Below are positions 13,220 to 25,590 of a DNA stretch of 64,000 nt, piece by piece. A program made the position numbers and the translations under genes. Every line of letters begins with the position of its first letter. The stretch's first letter is position 1. Source of the stretch: Geosiphon pyriformis uo1 (lineage: Eukaryota; Fungi; Glomeromycota); assembly GCA_016748015.1 (NCBI GenBank), contig JAAOMT010000690.1:496001-560000 (forward strand), read 5' to 3'. The notes beneath the pieces were generated by a model. The model was not told where the DNA came from, did no database searches, and saw only the letters and a list, made by a program, of their open reading frames with translations.

Positions 13220-15649
13220 TAATCATCTCTTTAAAATTAAACTTTATTAAAGTTTAATTATTTTTTTATTGTATTTTGTTTTAGTGTTCTATATTTTTAC
13301 TCAAAATTAGTTGAGATTTTGGCTAATAATTTACAATTACTACAATGTATTAATTATTTTTGGTTGTAATAAGTAGTAATTTAATCAATTTGTCAAAAGA
13401 TTGTTTAACTTAAATTAAATTTAGAGATTTCATGAAATAAGTTTTTTTTAACAACTGTTACAAGATTTATCATATTGTCTAATATTTTTTGTATATAGGG
13501 CCAAAAATAATGTTCTAAATTTCTTTATTTTTTTTAAGATATGCTATAAAAAATTCGAGTACATATTATAAAAAATTGTTTTTTTTTGTGTTTTTGAATT
13601 AATTTGAATAAATTGATTGGGTTTTTGAAATTTTGGTAGTAAATAATATTGTTTTATATAAAATATTATTTTAATCAATATTTTAAAAAGTATTTTTTAT
13701 TTAAAAACGAATTTTTAGCATTGTAAATGTTTTCAAATAATTTTTAATATTGTTATAAGTATTAAAATCTATTGTTTATTGCTAATTTGTTTGATTAATA
13801 AGATAGTTAATTTGGTATTAATTATGTTTTATACCTAAAAAACTATTAATGTCTATACAATATTTTTCTGATTTATAATATACAAAATATTTGTAGTCAA
13901 CTAAAAATTCAATTCAATAGAATTGTTTTGTATTGAGTTTAGATGTTTTATAAAACTATTAAAATCCAATATTATTAGTAATAATATTAAATTCTTTGAA
14001 TTTCAAATAATATTAAAAGTGTTTAAAGATCTAAATTATACTAATTGTTTTTAATTTAGTAGAAAATACTTGGTTTCAGCAGATTTAAAAGTTTTGTTAA
14101 CATAAACAATTATTTTTTCATTGTTATTATTATCTAATTTAGACAAAATAATACCAAATACTATATAAAAAACATTAATAATTAACTAAAATCTTTTATT
14201 AAAATTAAATAAACAAAAATTGAGATTATTATTAATTTTATTTTGAGAATATTAAAGACTGTTTATTATTTAAAAACTTATTAATATTTTACACTTTTAT
14301 TAAAATTTTTGGCAATTTTAAAAAAATTTATAATAAAATATTAATTTTAAATTTAGTAATATTTGAATTATTGTATTGTGTTAATTTTATTTAAGTTAAG
14401 TTTAATTTTGTTTTTATTAATAAATTAACTTTTTAATGTTTAGTTTTTTGTAATTATTGAAAATTTTTTTGTAAATAAATCAAATAAGTTTTAGAAATTA
14501 AAAAATAAGCATCAGTATTATTAAAATAAACCATTATTAATTGCAATAAAAGTTTAATATATACAATTTTATAAATTTTTAAAATATAATTAATGTATTA
14601 TATAATTTAAAAGACATAAAATTGAATTTGTAATTTTTTTTTGTGTAATAATTACTGTTTTTAAAAAGTTATTAAAATTTATAACAACTTACTAATATTT
14701 ACTTTTTAAATCTAAAGTTAAGAAATATTTGAATTTTTCAAAAGCATTTAATATGTTATTAATTTAAAATAAAAAATAAATTTTTTTTAATTATAATACT
14801 ATTGAATTAATAATAATTTACATAAAATCTAATTTTTCATTTATTTTCTTAATAAAAGCTATCAGTAAAACTTATAAACTTATTAAAAGTTAAATAAATT
14901 TAATATTAAATATTTATTGTATTTTTTTCTAATAAATTAATAATATTTAATAAGTTTGTTGTTATTTTGGCTTAATATTTTTTATGTAAATTTGGTATCA
15001 AACCAAATTAATTTTTTCAAATATTATTGTTTTTTTAAATATGTCAATATACTTTTTAATAAGCTATTTGAACTGCTTTTATTGTTATTTAAATTGTTTT
15101 ATGTTAATTTAAAATAGTTTTTTAACAATAATATAATACTTTTTAATAGTAAAAATATAAATTAATTTAAAAAATAAATGTTTAATAATTTTTGCAAAAT
15201 TTCAAACTATTTAAGATAAGTTTTCTTGAAAAATATTACTATATATAATTTTAATATTTTAATAATTAAATAAAATAACTAAATAATTGTTAAAGTTATA
15301 AAATATAATACTGAATTTTTTTTTAATTTTTTAGATAAGTAAATATTAAGAATTGAAATTTTGTATTTTTATAAATTTGTTTATTTAATTTAAAAATTTG
15401 TTAAATTATAATAAATCTTCAATAAGTATATATTTTTTGATGTTTTTAAAAAGTAAAATTGTAATTGTTTTAGAAAACTTAAAAATTTAATAAGATTTAA
15501 TTTAACAATTAAATATTATATTTATTGGTATTATAAATTATTTAGTTAAACCAAATTTTAAAGTTTTTTTGTTGCTTTTGCTTAATTTTTCTTGATTTTA
15601 AATTAATTATAAATCCGAAATATTGATTAAAAATAGATAAATAGCTTGG

Positions 15650-17800
15650 GTAATTTTTTTAGTATATTTAATAAAATTTCAACCAGAAAAGTACTCTTTA
15701 TTATAGAAACTACTAGACAAAATATCTTGGAAGCCTTTTTTTTAGATATTAATAATAAAAAACTGTTTTTAGTAGTCACTGAAGCATTTTTCTCATTTTT
15801 GGCTGGTTTTTTTTTAGTCAAAGTTTTTTTAAAAAGACACACTTAAGTTAGTTTTAATGTTGTCTTCATTTCTTTAAAAGCCCAAAATTTTTTAATAACA
15901 AACTAGTTAACAAACTGGTTTTTTTTTCGATAGCTTTTATACTTAGTGTTATTAACATTATTTTTTCAAAAAAATAATCAAAAAGACCAAAGATTCAAAA
16001 AAGTGAAAGCAATTACTTGTCTCTACTATTATTATATCGAATTTTTTTGTGATTTTTAATAAAATTTTAGATGAAATCTCTCTTGTATTGTCTAATATAT
16101 CATCTAAAATAGACCTAAATTAACTACTAGTTATATTATTTAATATGATGTCTTTTAGCAAATTTTGCCAATTTTAAAAGCAAAGCAACTATTTTTTATA
16201 AAATCATTTGTTTTTGAGAATTGAACTAATTAGATAAAAACTAAATCATCTCTTTTATTGGTTTTTGGTGCTGTTATTAATAGTGCTTAGAAAACTACTA
16301 TTAGTTATTAAAAATTTATTGGGTAAATGACTTCTACTTTAGTGTTTAATATTACTTTTAAGATCAAATTAGCTTATATTAAGACTGTTTTTTAGTCTGT
16401 AAATGGTTTTTTTAGATGTAAAGTCAGTATTAAAAAACAATGTAAAATTTTTCTATATGGAATTTGCTTTTTAAGAAATTTTGGAAGCTGCTTTTTTGGT
16501 TGAGCTTACAAATTTTGTTTATTTAACCATTTTTAAAATTGTCAAGTCTTTGGTAATTTTTGAATCTAGTTCTTTTTTTGCTATTATTATACTGTATAAT
16601 ATGCTTTTGAATATATCTGCTGCTAATATTAAAACAATTTTTAATATGTTTAATAAAATTTCTTATATTATGCTAAAGTTTGATGATATTAGCAATATAT
16701 GGTTATTTACTTTAATTAACAGAACTCTGCTGTATTTGTTTTGAATTATTGGTCAATTTTGATAAGTAAAAATAGTATTAAATTTTCCTCTTAATAAATC
16801 AAAATGAAACTATTTTGTCTTGTGATAGGTTTAAGATCAAGTTAATTAATTTTTTTTTTGGCTGTACTGTTTTTGAAATTAGTAATATAATTTTTTAAAT
16901 TAGTAATTAAACATGTTTTATTTTTTGCTCTTCTGATTTTGGTTATTATTTTCAGTTTGCTTTGATTATGTTTAGATCTCAAGTTAACTTAAATGTTATA
17001 ATTTTTAAGACTGATATACTGAAAAAATGCCATATTTGATGAAAAACTTTTGGTTATTAGCATTGTTTTAAATGTTAAAAAATAGATTATTTGACTATAA
17101 ACTGTAAATTTCTCTATTTTTTCTTTTCAAAACTTCTGAGATATTCAAATTACAATTTATAGATAATGTTTTTATACTAAAATATCTGTTTCTTTGAATT
17201 TTTTTGGGTTTTTTCTTTTGGTGGCTTCTGTTTTTTTTTCTATAGTTGTTGATAATTTTTTAATTTTTTTTTGGCTGGTATTTTTAGAATTTAATTTAAT
17301 TAAGTTGTCAACTTTGGTCAATTTAATTATTAAGTTTATTGATATATTAATTACTGTATTTGAGCAGTTTGTCTAAAATAATCTTGTATTAAGTAGTATT
17401 TTTAGTTTTAAAATCAATAAAATTTTGGTATATATGAGTATTTTTAGTAAAGCTATAGGTAAATTAGAACAAAATATAGTTGTTTTAAAAGATAAATATA
17501 GTTATAAAGACATTAACATGTCTGATCTTTATGTAAGTTTGTTTGCTATTAATAATAATATGTTTTTTAATTTATTGTTATTTTAGGAACATAAACCAGT
17601 TAATATTAAGTCTAATACTTTTAAAATAGCTGGCTAATTGATAGACTTAATTTTTAATAGTGCCATATTGTTTAAAGAATGTTTTTTTGGATAAGTTTTT
17701 TTTTAAAGCATCAATATAGTGTGTTTTTAATTGGTTTAAGTAATTAATTATATGTAAAAAAAGCATGAATTATATATAGCTAGAACTTTTAATTTTGTTT
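15650..17800 (+). mobile_element. LINE-like ORF1 relic with a CCHC zinc knuckle
   Basis: Long interrupted reading frame that includes ORFs 15646, 16481 and 17194. Decayed knuckle CFKC*KIDYLTINC at 17064-17105 fits CX2CX4HX4C with His CAT>TAT. Opposite strand to the surrounding Gypsy relic. The LINE assignment is inference. Confidence 0.55.
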
Positions 17801-18486
17801 TATATACTAGATAATAATTGGGCTGTATTTATTAAACTTTAATAAAAAAATTATTATAGTTAAAAATCATAGTTTTTATTAATTATTATATAGTAAGCCA
17901 TTTTATTTTTAGAAAATAATTATTAATTTGATTAATAACCTAATTATTGATTTAATTACTGATCTAATTGTTAATTATTTTGAATAACTATATAAATAAT
18001 GTATTTTTTAGCTTTAAAAAAACATGTTTATATATATAAAACATATATAAATCAAAGTAATAAAAATTATTTTTTAAATATTCAATTCTTTTTAATTTAC
18101 TTATTTTTTTTAAGTATCTAAACATTTTTGTGATAAAAGATTAGTTGTTGGTATTCATTTGTAATTGTTAGTTTTAAAGATTATTAAATAAGTATTATTA
18201 AAGAGTATAATCAATACTTAATATTGAATTCTAAAAATATTAACATAAAACATAAATTATACTAATATGTTATTTTTTGTTAACAGTACAGACTATTTCT
18301 TTATCTTTAAATTTTCTTGTTACTTTTTGAAAAGAATAGTGATTAAGATATTTATAAGACTAATTTTACACATTAAATTCATATTAAATTAATTTGTTTT
18401 TTGAAATTAAATTTTTCTTTGATTATTTTTATTATTATACAATTTTGTTTTATCTTGTTATTTGTTAGTTTGTTACTCTAATCCAT

Positions 18487-20810
18487 AATACTATAATGTT
18501 TTTAGTATATGTTGTATTAATAATTCTTTTTTTATGTTAATTTTTTTGCTTACCAATAATAATTTGAAAAGTTTTTTCTGGTTTAATTTTTCGCTTATTG
18601 TTATTAAAGTATTTAAGTTATATAGTGATTTGGTTTTTAATTAAATAAATTGAAATAGTTAATATTGATTTTTTTGGTTCTAGTTTCCAAATTCAATTTT
18701 GTATTTATTTTTTTTAATAGACAATGATATACTAAAACCATAATATTCTGAATGTTATTGGTTATTATAAAATATAATATATTTTTTACAGAATTAAATA
18801 TTTGTTTTAATTATTAAATTTGTGTTTTTTTTAAAAAAAGAAATAATAAAGCTCAATTTTATTAAAATAATTGTAATTAGTAATTTCTAAAGTGTATTCA
18901 ATGTATTTGGCTTCTTTTATTTGCTTAATATTATTTTGAGTTCCTTTATTGATCAAAATCATTGCTAATTCATAAATCATTTTAGCATTATGAAATAATT
19001 ATACAGTTTATTAAGAACATTATTATATACTGCTTGAAATAGAGTTTCTTTTTTACTTTTTTGGAAATAAATAAAGCATATTAACAGATTTGATTACAGA
19101 CTTCTTTTCTTATTAAAATATCAATTCAATTATAATTTTTTAATAGCAATTGTTTACTAGTAAGACAAAATGTTCAGTCTTATTTTCTATTTTATTTTTT
19201 AAATTCAGATTGTTTTGGTGGTAAGTTTTGCAATAGTAGTAGATATAGTTGTTAAATATTTTTTTTAGAGTGTAAGACTTTTATTGATGAGAGTTTCTTG
19301 TTACAATTTTTGTATTTAAGTAGAACATAAAATAATTTTTTTTGAGTATTTGTTTCAAATAGAGGATTGTTAATGGGAGTGTTTTTTGTACTGTTTTAAG
19401 ATATTATTAAATAGTTATTTATACTTCTTTAATAGTTATTGAAAGTTGTTGAATCTCTGGTAATGTATTTATCTCCAAATTATCTTTTTATACTTTGGAC
19501 TGTGCATGCTGTTGGGCCTATGAAAAAGCCAATTCTATGCCAATAATCTTTATGTAGTTTCTTTTGTGTTGAATGTCAACTTTTCTACAGGAATTCTTCT
19601 TCTGTAGGCTCTTCAAAAATGGGTAGTTACTTTGCAGTAAAGTCAACTCTTCTACAGGAATCCTCCTTCTGTCGGCTCAAACTAGTCTCGCGAATTGTCA
19701 TTTTTCTAATAATTAAATTTCAGTTTAAATCGGGGCTTTAAAAATAGAGTTTCAAGATTTAACATTCGAAAATTAATCTACCAGAGATTAATTTCAATTG
19801 TCTATTAGTTTCGGGTTTCTGGATATTATTGAGGTTTAAAGTCATAATAATATTTAAGGAAAGAGAGAAATAATTGTTTTAACATTAATTATTTCATTGC
19901 AATAATTAGGAAATTAAAATATTATTTTATTCAAGTGTAGAGAATATTACTATGCTAGATATCTGTTGTAAGATACATTTCTTTAAAGAGAAAAGCTTTT
20001 CTTTTATACAAGTTTTCGTTTCACTATTTTATGTTCTTGAGGTTTTTGTTCTTTCTAAATATTTACTAATTTCTGTAAATAAATATGAATTATAATGAAC
20101 TATTTATTATTTCGAAGAACTTTGATTAGTTTCAATCTGAACTCATTGAAATTTGTCTAATTTACTTGAAATCTATCTAAAAATGCATGAACTTCAGCTT
20201 GAACTGATTGAACTTCTTGAATTTCAGCCATGAAATTGCTCTGGTTCAAAGTTCACGGTTCTGCATATGACCTGCATACTTTCTGTAGATCAAATGCTAA
20301 TTTCGTTTAACTAATAGTAATCACTAATATAAAAATGAATAAATAAATAACTAAATTAAAAGATTGAATAATTGAATAACTGGGTAATAAATAATTGCAT
20401 AAATAAATAAATAAAGTAACTGATAAATAGTAAACATTAAATTATGAGAAATTAAATTATTTTTCTAATGCTTTTGCATTCTCATTTTTTCACTGGTAAC
20501 AGGGGTATACCATCCGTTGGTTTGTTTTGTAATTTGGGCCAAAAAGTTTTTAGCTATAGTTCTGGATTGTTAAAAAATTTTAGTTCTGTTTTTTCAGTCC
20601 AATCGAATTATGAGTTGAGTACCATATAGGTTTAAAAATTGATTTTTCCTCCTTCTTTTCAAATTCAAATACTAAGTCTTTTTCAGAATGTTTGTTGAAA
20701 GTACCACAAGTAGCAGATACTCTGATGTGTTGTCCTTGGTATGAGATCTTTAATTCTTGGGTTTTCCAATCTAAATTTGCATTGGCTTTGAGAAGCTAAT
20801 TATTCTTGAC
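18487..20810 (-). mobile_element. Gypsy relic: protease end, spacer and dUTPase-like domain, split by LTR copy 3
   Basis: VKNN*LLKANANLDWKTQELKISYQGQHIRVSATCG (about 20700-20810) resembles the retropepsin C-terminal (L)GxDWL motif. Coding-like sequence continues past the LTR (LKYKNCNKKLSS, about 19285-19320). dUTPase motif 2 and 3 relics at about 18487-18570. Confidence 0.7.
19368..20501 (-). mobile_element. Solo LTR (family A, divergent copy 3), about 1134 bp
   Basis: Ends in CTGGTAACA at 20493-20501 and starts with decayed TGTTAATGG. Shares the atgctgttggg block, the gtcaactcttctacag tandem unit and the agatatctg...ttttatacaa block with copy 2. Confidence 0.8.
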
Positions 20811-21492
20811 AGGAGCTTAACATTGGGATGCATTAAGAGCTTAACTAAAATGGTGATTTCATTAATTGTGAAAAAAATTGTCAATTTCGCATACTATTTG
20901 AAAAAGTTCTCATTAGTTAATATTAAATTGTTAAAATCATTGAAAAAATCAAAAACAAGTGTACAAATAAAAAATAATTTTGAGAATTTTTATTATTTAA
21001 GAGTAATTTACAGAAAGTATATGAGCTTTTAAATTTTTTTATATATTTGGAACTAATTATTTAGTCTTTTTATCGAAAAATTTAAGCATACTTAACTTTA
21101 TTTAATTAATAAATATTTTATATTTCAAATAATGTATACCATTTATGTTTGGATACTGATAAGTTCAAATTAAACAAATGTTTTATTGAAATTTTATTTT
21201 GGAAAATATAGATGGTGTGTAAAAATAAAATAAAACCACTTATTATTGGAGAAAGTTATCTTTTCCAATAAGACAAGTGTGAAAATTAGGAAACAATTGT
21301 AAAAACCAAGAATTTGACAGCATAGTATAAAGAAATCTAATGCTAATTGCTTGATGTCTAATTTCAAAAGTGAATAAAAATCCATAATCATCTGAGTAAT
21401 TAAAAAAACTAATAGTATTTTGTGATAAATACAAAAAAATAAATGTATTGAAATCTTAAAATTCAGCTTTACTATTTCAGAATACAATTAAG

Positions 21493-21860
21493 GTGTTATA
21501 CTGGAATAACATGCCTGTCTATATTGCAGGAAAAATAAAATTACGACTATCAACTGGCTGGTGAATTTGCCAGACCTGAATCTAATTGAGAAAATTTAGA
21601 CTATTAAAAGACAATTTCAAAAACACAAAGTTATTCCAAAGTCTGTGGTCCAACTTAAAAGAGAAATGGAAAAATTTGATTTCTCTATTCTCGAAGAGAT
21701 TATTATCTCAATTTCAAGGAGAATTGAAGCAAAATTAAAGTCAAATGTAGGGCCAATAAAGTATTAATTAGATATAATTTTTTATTTGGTGTATAACTTT
21801 TAAAGTATCAGAATGTTTAAGTTTAGCTTTGAATGGGGGTATTATTTTTTGAGATTATTA
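21493..21860 (+). mobile_element. Tc1/mariner (DDE_3) transposase C-terminal relic
   Basis: WNNMPVY (cf. QDNAPxH), WLVNLPDLNLIEKI* (cf. WPANSPDLNPIENIW) at 21555-21600, and ISISRRIEAKLKSNVGPIKY* ending at 21767 (cf. SMPRRxxAVxxAxGGxTKY). Possible decayed TIR at about 21835-21860. Confidence 0.8.
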
Positions 21861-22098
21861 TACATCATTTAAACAAACTTAAATTTATAAAATCATCAAA
21901 AATAAACAATACTTTTTTGATTCTATTAATTTTTATGCAACAAGATGTCAGAATAGAGACCAGCATTCATGTGATATAAAAATACTTTTTAAATTAATAA
22001 ATTCTAGATCAAAATTCTTGAATGAAATTTTGATTTGTATTGCAATGAACATTTGGTCCAAAATCTTATATTATTTGTGTTTATTTTCAGAAGTTATT

Positions 22099-23500
22099 TT
22101 AGTTTCGACATTTTCCAAATATAACACCCATAAATGGACCCATATTTAAATCTTGAGAAGTCTCCCTTTCGAAATCTACTGTTCCTAAATTACATTCCTA
22201 ACAGAATAAAAGATTGTGAAAATTATGAGAGTTAGAAGAATAAAGAAAGATTAAATTTAAATTAAAAAATTCCCAAAAGCTTAAAAGAACTGAGATTTTT
22301 TCATGAAATTTTTAATAAAGAGGGTGGAAAACATTTTGTTAAATTAAGTTTAATTCACACTTTACCTGACTCTCATCAATCTCACCCTGGATTCTTCCTA
22401 TGCATTTACTAAATCTGAAATAATAGTCTTGGCATTCGCATTGATTTACTTTTTCCTGCCAATATTCTGGTTCGAAATGTAAAAATAGCCCTTTAGGCAT
22501 CATTTCTCGTGATAACCAATCATTGGCGTTTGTCACTCGATGAATGTGAGCTGAAAAAAAAGTTAACTTGACTAATTTTGCAAAGCTTAAATTCCCAATT
22601 CGAGGCGCTCCGAATGTAACGATAACGTATCGCCATGGATTTAGATTGCGAATTCCACGTGCTATTTGTTTCACAACTAGGTGTTCTAAATGCAAGGCAG
22701 CTAGAATTGCATATGCTTCCAGAATTTTTTTTTCAAAATAAGTAAATTTATCTATTCTGAAATATCAATAACGTGACAATTTACCTCCCCCAATTCCATG
22801 TCCAACAAAATGGATTTTGAATCTTTTTATTGATTTATTTTCTTGAGCAGCATTTTCAAGTTTACTGACCAAGGAGGGCATCATTTTACGAACGTTTTGC
22901 AACCAAATTTTATCAACTAGCGTGTTATCATCCCATTCTAAAGATTTGAGATAAATTGATCTTGCCCTCCATTGTTCCTTTGTAAATATAGGCCCTCGGA
23001 AATAAACAACGGCTCCAGTAGTTTCCAAGTCTTTAGTGAAAATATCCGCTTATGAAAGAAAAATTTGAGTCAATCAAGAAAAAATTTAAAGTGTCTAATT
23101 TATTTTTAGATCTCAATTTTGAAATTATGCAATTACCAACAATATTTCTATCCTCAAGAACTTTGCCAATATCATTGTACGGCAAACAATAGGCAAAATT
23201 TGAAATCTGAGCCATACGCCTCACATACATTTTCAAATTTTCATTATGAATTTCTAATTTGCTTGCGAGTTTAGGATGAATAAATTTTGTTGACCTTTTA
23301 GCGTTTTTCTGTTTTTTGATATGATGTTGTCGTTTCGTTTTTGAAAATGAAATGCTATGGGATTTTCTAATTTCTATCATATCATGGTCATTAATAAAAT
23401 CAGATATAGTCTTATTATTAATAAAAGATATAAAAAATTGTTTTCTTAAAACTAAAATAAAAATAAAAATTAGTAAAGTATATTTTTTAAAAATTCTCAT
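22099..23500 (-). CDS. Secreted or N-anchored lipase class 3 fold protein, 358 aa, probably catalytically inactive
   Basis: Exons 23500-23137, 23048-22785, 22715-22366 and 22197-22099, all GT-AG, total 1077 nt with an open frame. Hydrophobic N-terminus. Motifs: AYC, VVYFRG, HFVGHGIGGAYAILAAL, TFGAPRIGN, HRVTNAND, FLHFEPEYW and C-terminal NMGPFMG. Confidence 0.9.
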
Positions 23501-24188
23501 TTTGATCAAGGTTAAAAATATGAATTAATTTTCTGATAAAAAAATATAAACAGCTTCATGAGATGGGAGTTATATTTAAGAAAGGGCGAAATGTGTACAG
23601 CCAAAAAAGGAATTGATAATATGAGATCATTTTGTCAGTAGCTTTGAATATAATTATTAATATTTTAATCTCGGATTCGATTAAATGTTCTAAAAAAAAA
23701 TTGTTTTCAATTGTTGAAAGGCCTTTTTTCAAAGAAATTAAAAATTTCATTACCACTATTTTTTTTCTCATTATATGACCAAAGATGTGAAGATATGAAT
23801 TTTCAGAATACGTCAAGATTATTTTTAACTGACCTAAACTCGATTAAGAACTTATGATTAGTGTCTAAAAACAATTTAAGTATTGGTAATATTTTCAAAA
23901 AAGAAAATTCTCAAAGTAAAACATTTAAAAAATATTTCTTGCTCTAAATAATTTCTTAATTCACAAAGCATTTCTATCGAAACCAATTCCAACGCTTAAA
24001 AATATGAAAGGATGGTTATAAAATTTTGTGTTTTTAAATAACAAAATTAGGGCGATTTCTCAAAACCGCTAATAACCTTAGAATTGCATCTACGTGGTTA
24101 TTTCTTATAGCAAGACATTTATCTTTGTTTAATTTATTATTTAATTAAAGAGCGACTTAAAAATTCAGAATGTATACACAATGGGTCG

Positions 24189-25590
24189 TTAACTACAATC
24201 ACCCATTCTAATGTCGAAATCATCCGGAACGTTGATAATTTATTGTCCTCCATCCCACTCCTAAAGAGAAGATTTTTTCAAATTTTATCGATTTTAAAGA
24301 TTTTCTTTAAATAAAACTTACCATATTCTCATTTGTCCATTTCTCAAGCCATATATCTCTTTGAAAATATACAATTGATTGATATTACAATCCCAATATT
24401 AATATGGCTGAAAATTAACATCATCATCGGAACAATTGCAATTGTCTGATAGCTCAATCCAAATTTCAAACCCAAAATAGTTCCACTTCAACGGATACCA
24501 AGGAGAGTATGGGACATGGTTATTTCCATGGGTTATGCAATGATGTGGGACCACCTTATTTGCAAATCTACTGAATCGTCTATTTCCAATTCTCAGAGCT
24601 CCAAATGGGATAATATGTGGTCCAATTTCTTTTATATTTATTTCAGGCCATAAATTCGAAGTAAAAATCACATATTGTTGCATAACCCATCGAATACCCG
24701 CGATTGAAACGTATGCTGGTATTTCAAGAATATAAAAGTATATCAAATTTTTACTATCGAAACTAAAAAAAATTTCTAGTTTCCCAAACCTCCGCCAATA
24801 GCATACCCGAAAAAAATTTGTTTCAGCCCGGTGGGTTTTCTCTTAAATAATTCTGTATATTTTTTAAAATACTGGGAAAGACGGATTTAATAAATTTCTT
24901 GACTGACTTATTAACACAAATATCATCGGCATGTGTTGGTAAGTTTTCTACTTGAAATAAATTTGTCTATCCATCTCAGTGTGTTAGGATATTTTATTTC
25001 TTTTCAAAGAAAGAAATAAAGAAATTCCTATTTATTGAATTTGATTCTTACATGCTAGTTCAAGAAATGAAAAATAATTACTAGTCATGCAAAGTAAACA
25101 ACTTACGCCATATCAAGGGTTCTACTGATAAATTTGTTTTTGACTAAAGAATAAAAATTTAAGATAAATAGCAAAAAATAATATTTGACATAAATCAATT
25201 GTTTTATTCTAAAAGGATTAAACCGTTTATAGGCGCACTTCCTAAATTGGAATAACTTGCAAGGTATGCCAAGTCTTTATAAAGTGGTAAAAAACCATTT
25301 TCAGGATCCAATAAAGTTTTAGGAAATGATTGAGATTGTTTTGTGATTCGATTGAATTGAAAAGGAACTTTAATTTAATTTTTCCAATCACCCACGATGG
25401 GGAAAGTGAGATTTCTATTCTGTTTATAGAAATGTTGATGAGAAACTATCCAGCTTTCAAAATTTTTATGCGACCAAAAGTAAAATACAAAGTATATAAA
25501 TATTGAAATGATAAATTTTTTTCTCCATAAAATTTTGAAATCTTTTACGGCAAAATCTTTCAAAGATTCATTATGCTCTTCAAAGAGCAT
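24189..25590 (-). pseudogene. Lipase class 3 paralogue pseudogene
   Basis: Same intron layout as the adjacent gene. Motifs FGYAIGG|AYVS, PFGALRIGN, ITHGNNHVP and FGFEIW. In-frame stops (KN*IK at 25375-25377; GQ*II in the last exon) and loss of the HxGPYF segment. Confidence 0.8.

Larger units (their letters stand above)
10000..15500 (-). mobile_element. Ty3/Gypsy pol relic (RT-RNaseH-integrase), interrupted by LTR insertions
   Basis: Minus-strand decoding. RT: NNILNAFEKFKYFLTLDLKSKY**VV..KTVIITQ..YKFNFMSFKLYNT (about 14580-14760), with VYFNN for YxDD (about 14515-14530). RNase H: IINVFYIVFGIILSKLDNNNNEKIIVYVNKTFKSAETKY (about 14065-14185). Integrase zinc finger: YFWP..IRQYDKSCNSC (about 13450-13510). 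C-terminal KLGPKY (about 10415-10430). RT-RH-INT order is Gypsy. Outer boundaries are approximate. Confidence 0.85.

Noticed and set aside
11292-20501. LTR copies 1 and 3 as the paired LTRs of one full-length element
   Set aside because: They differ in length and sequence, have no shared TSD, and Gypsy coding relics continue outside both, so they are independent insertions.
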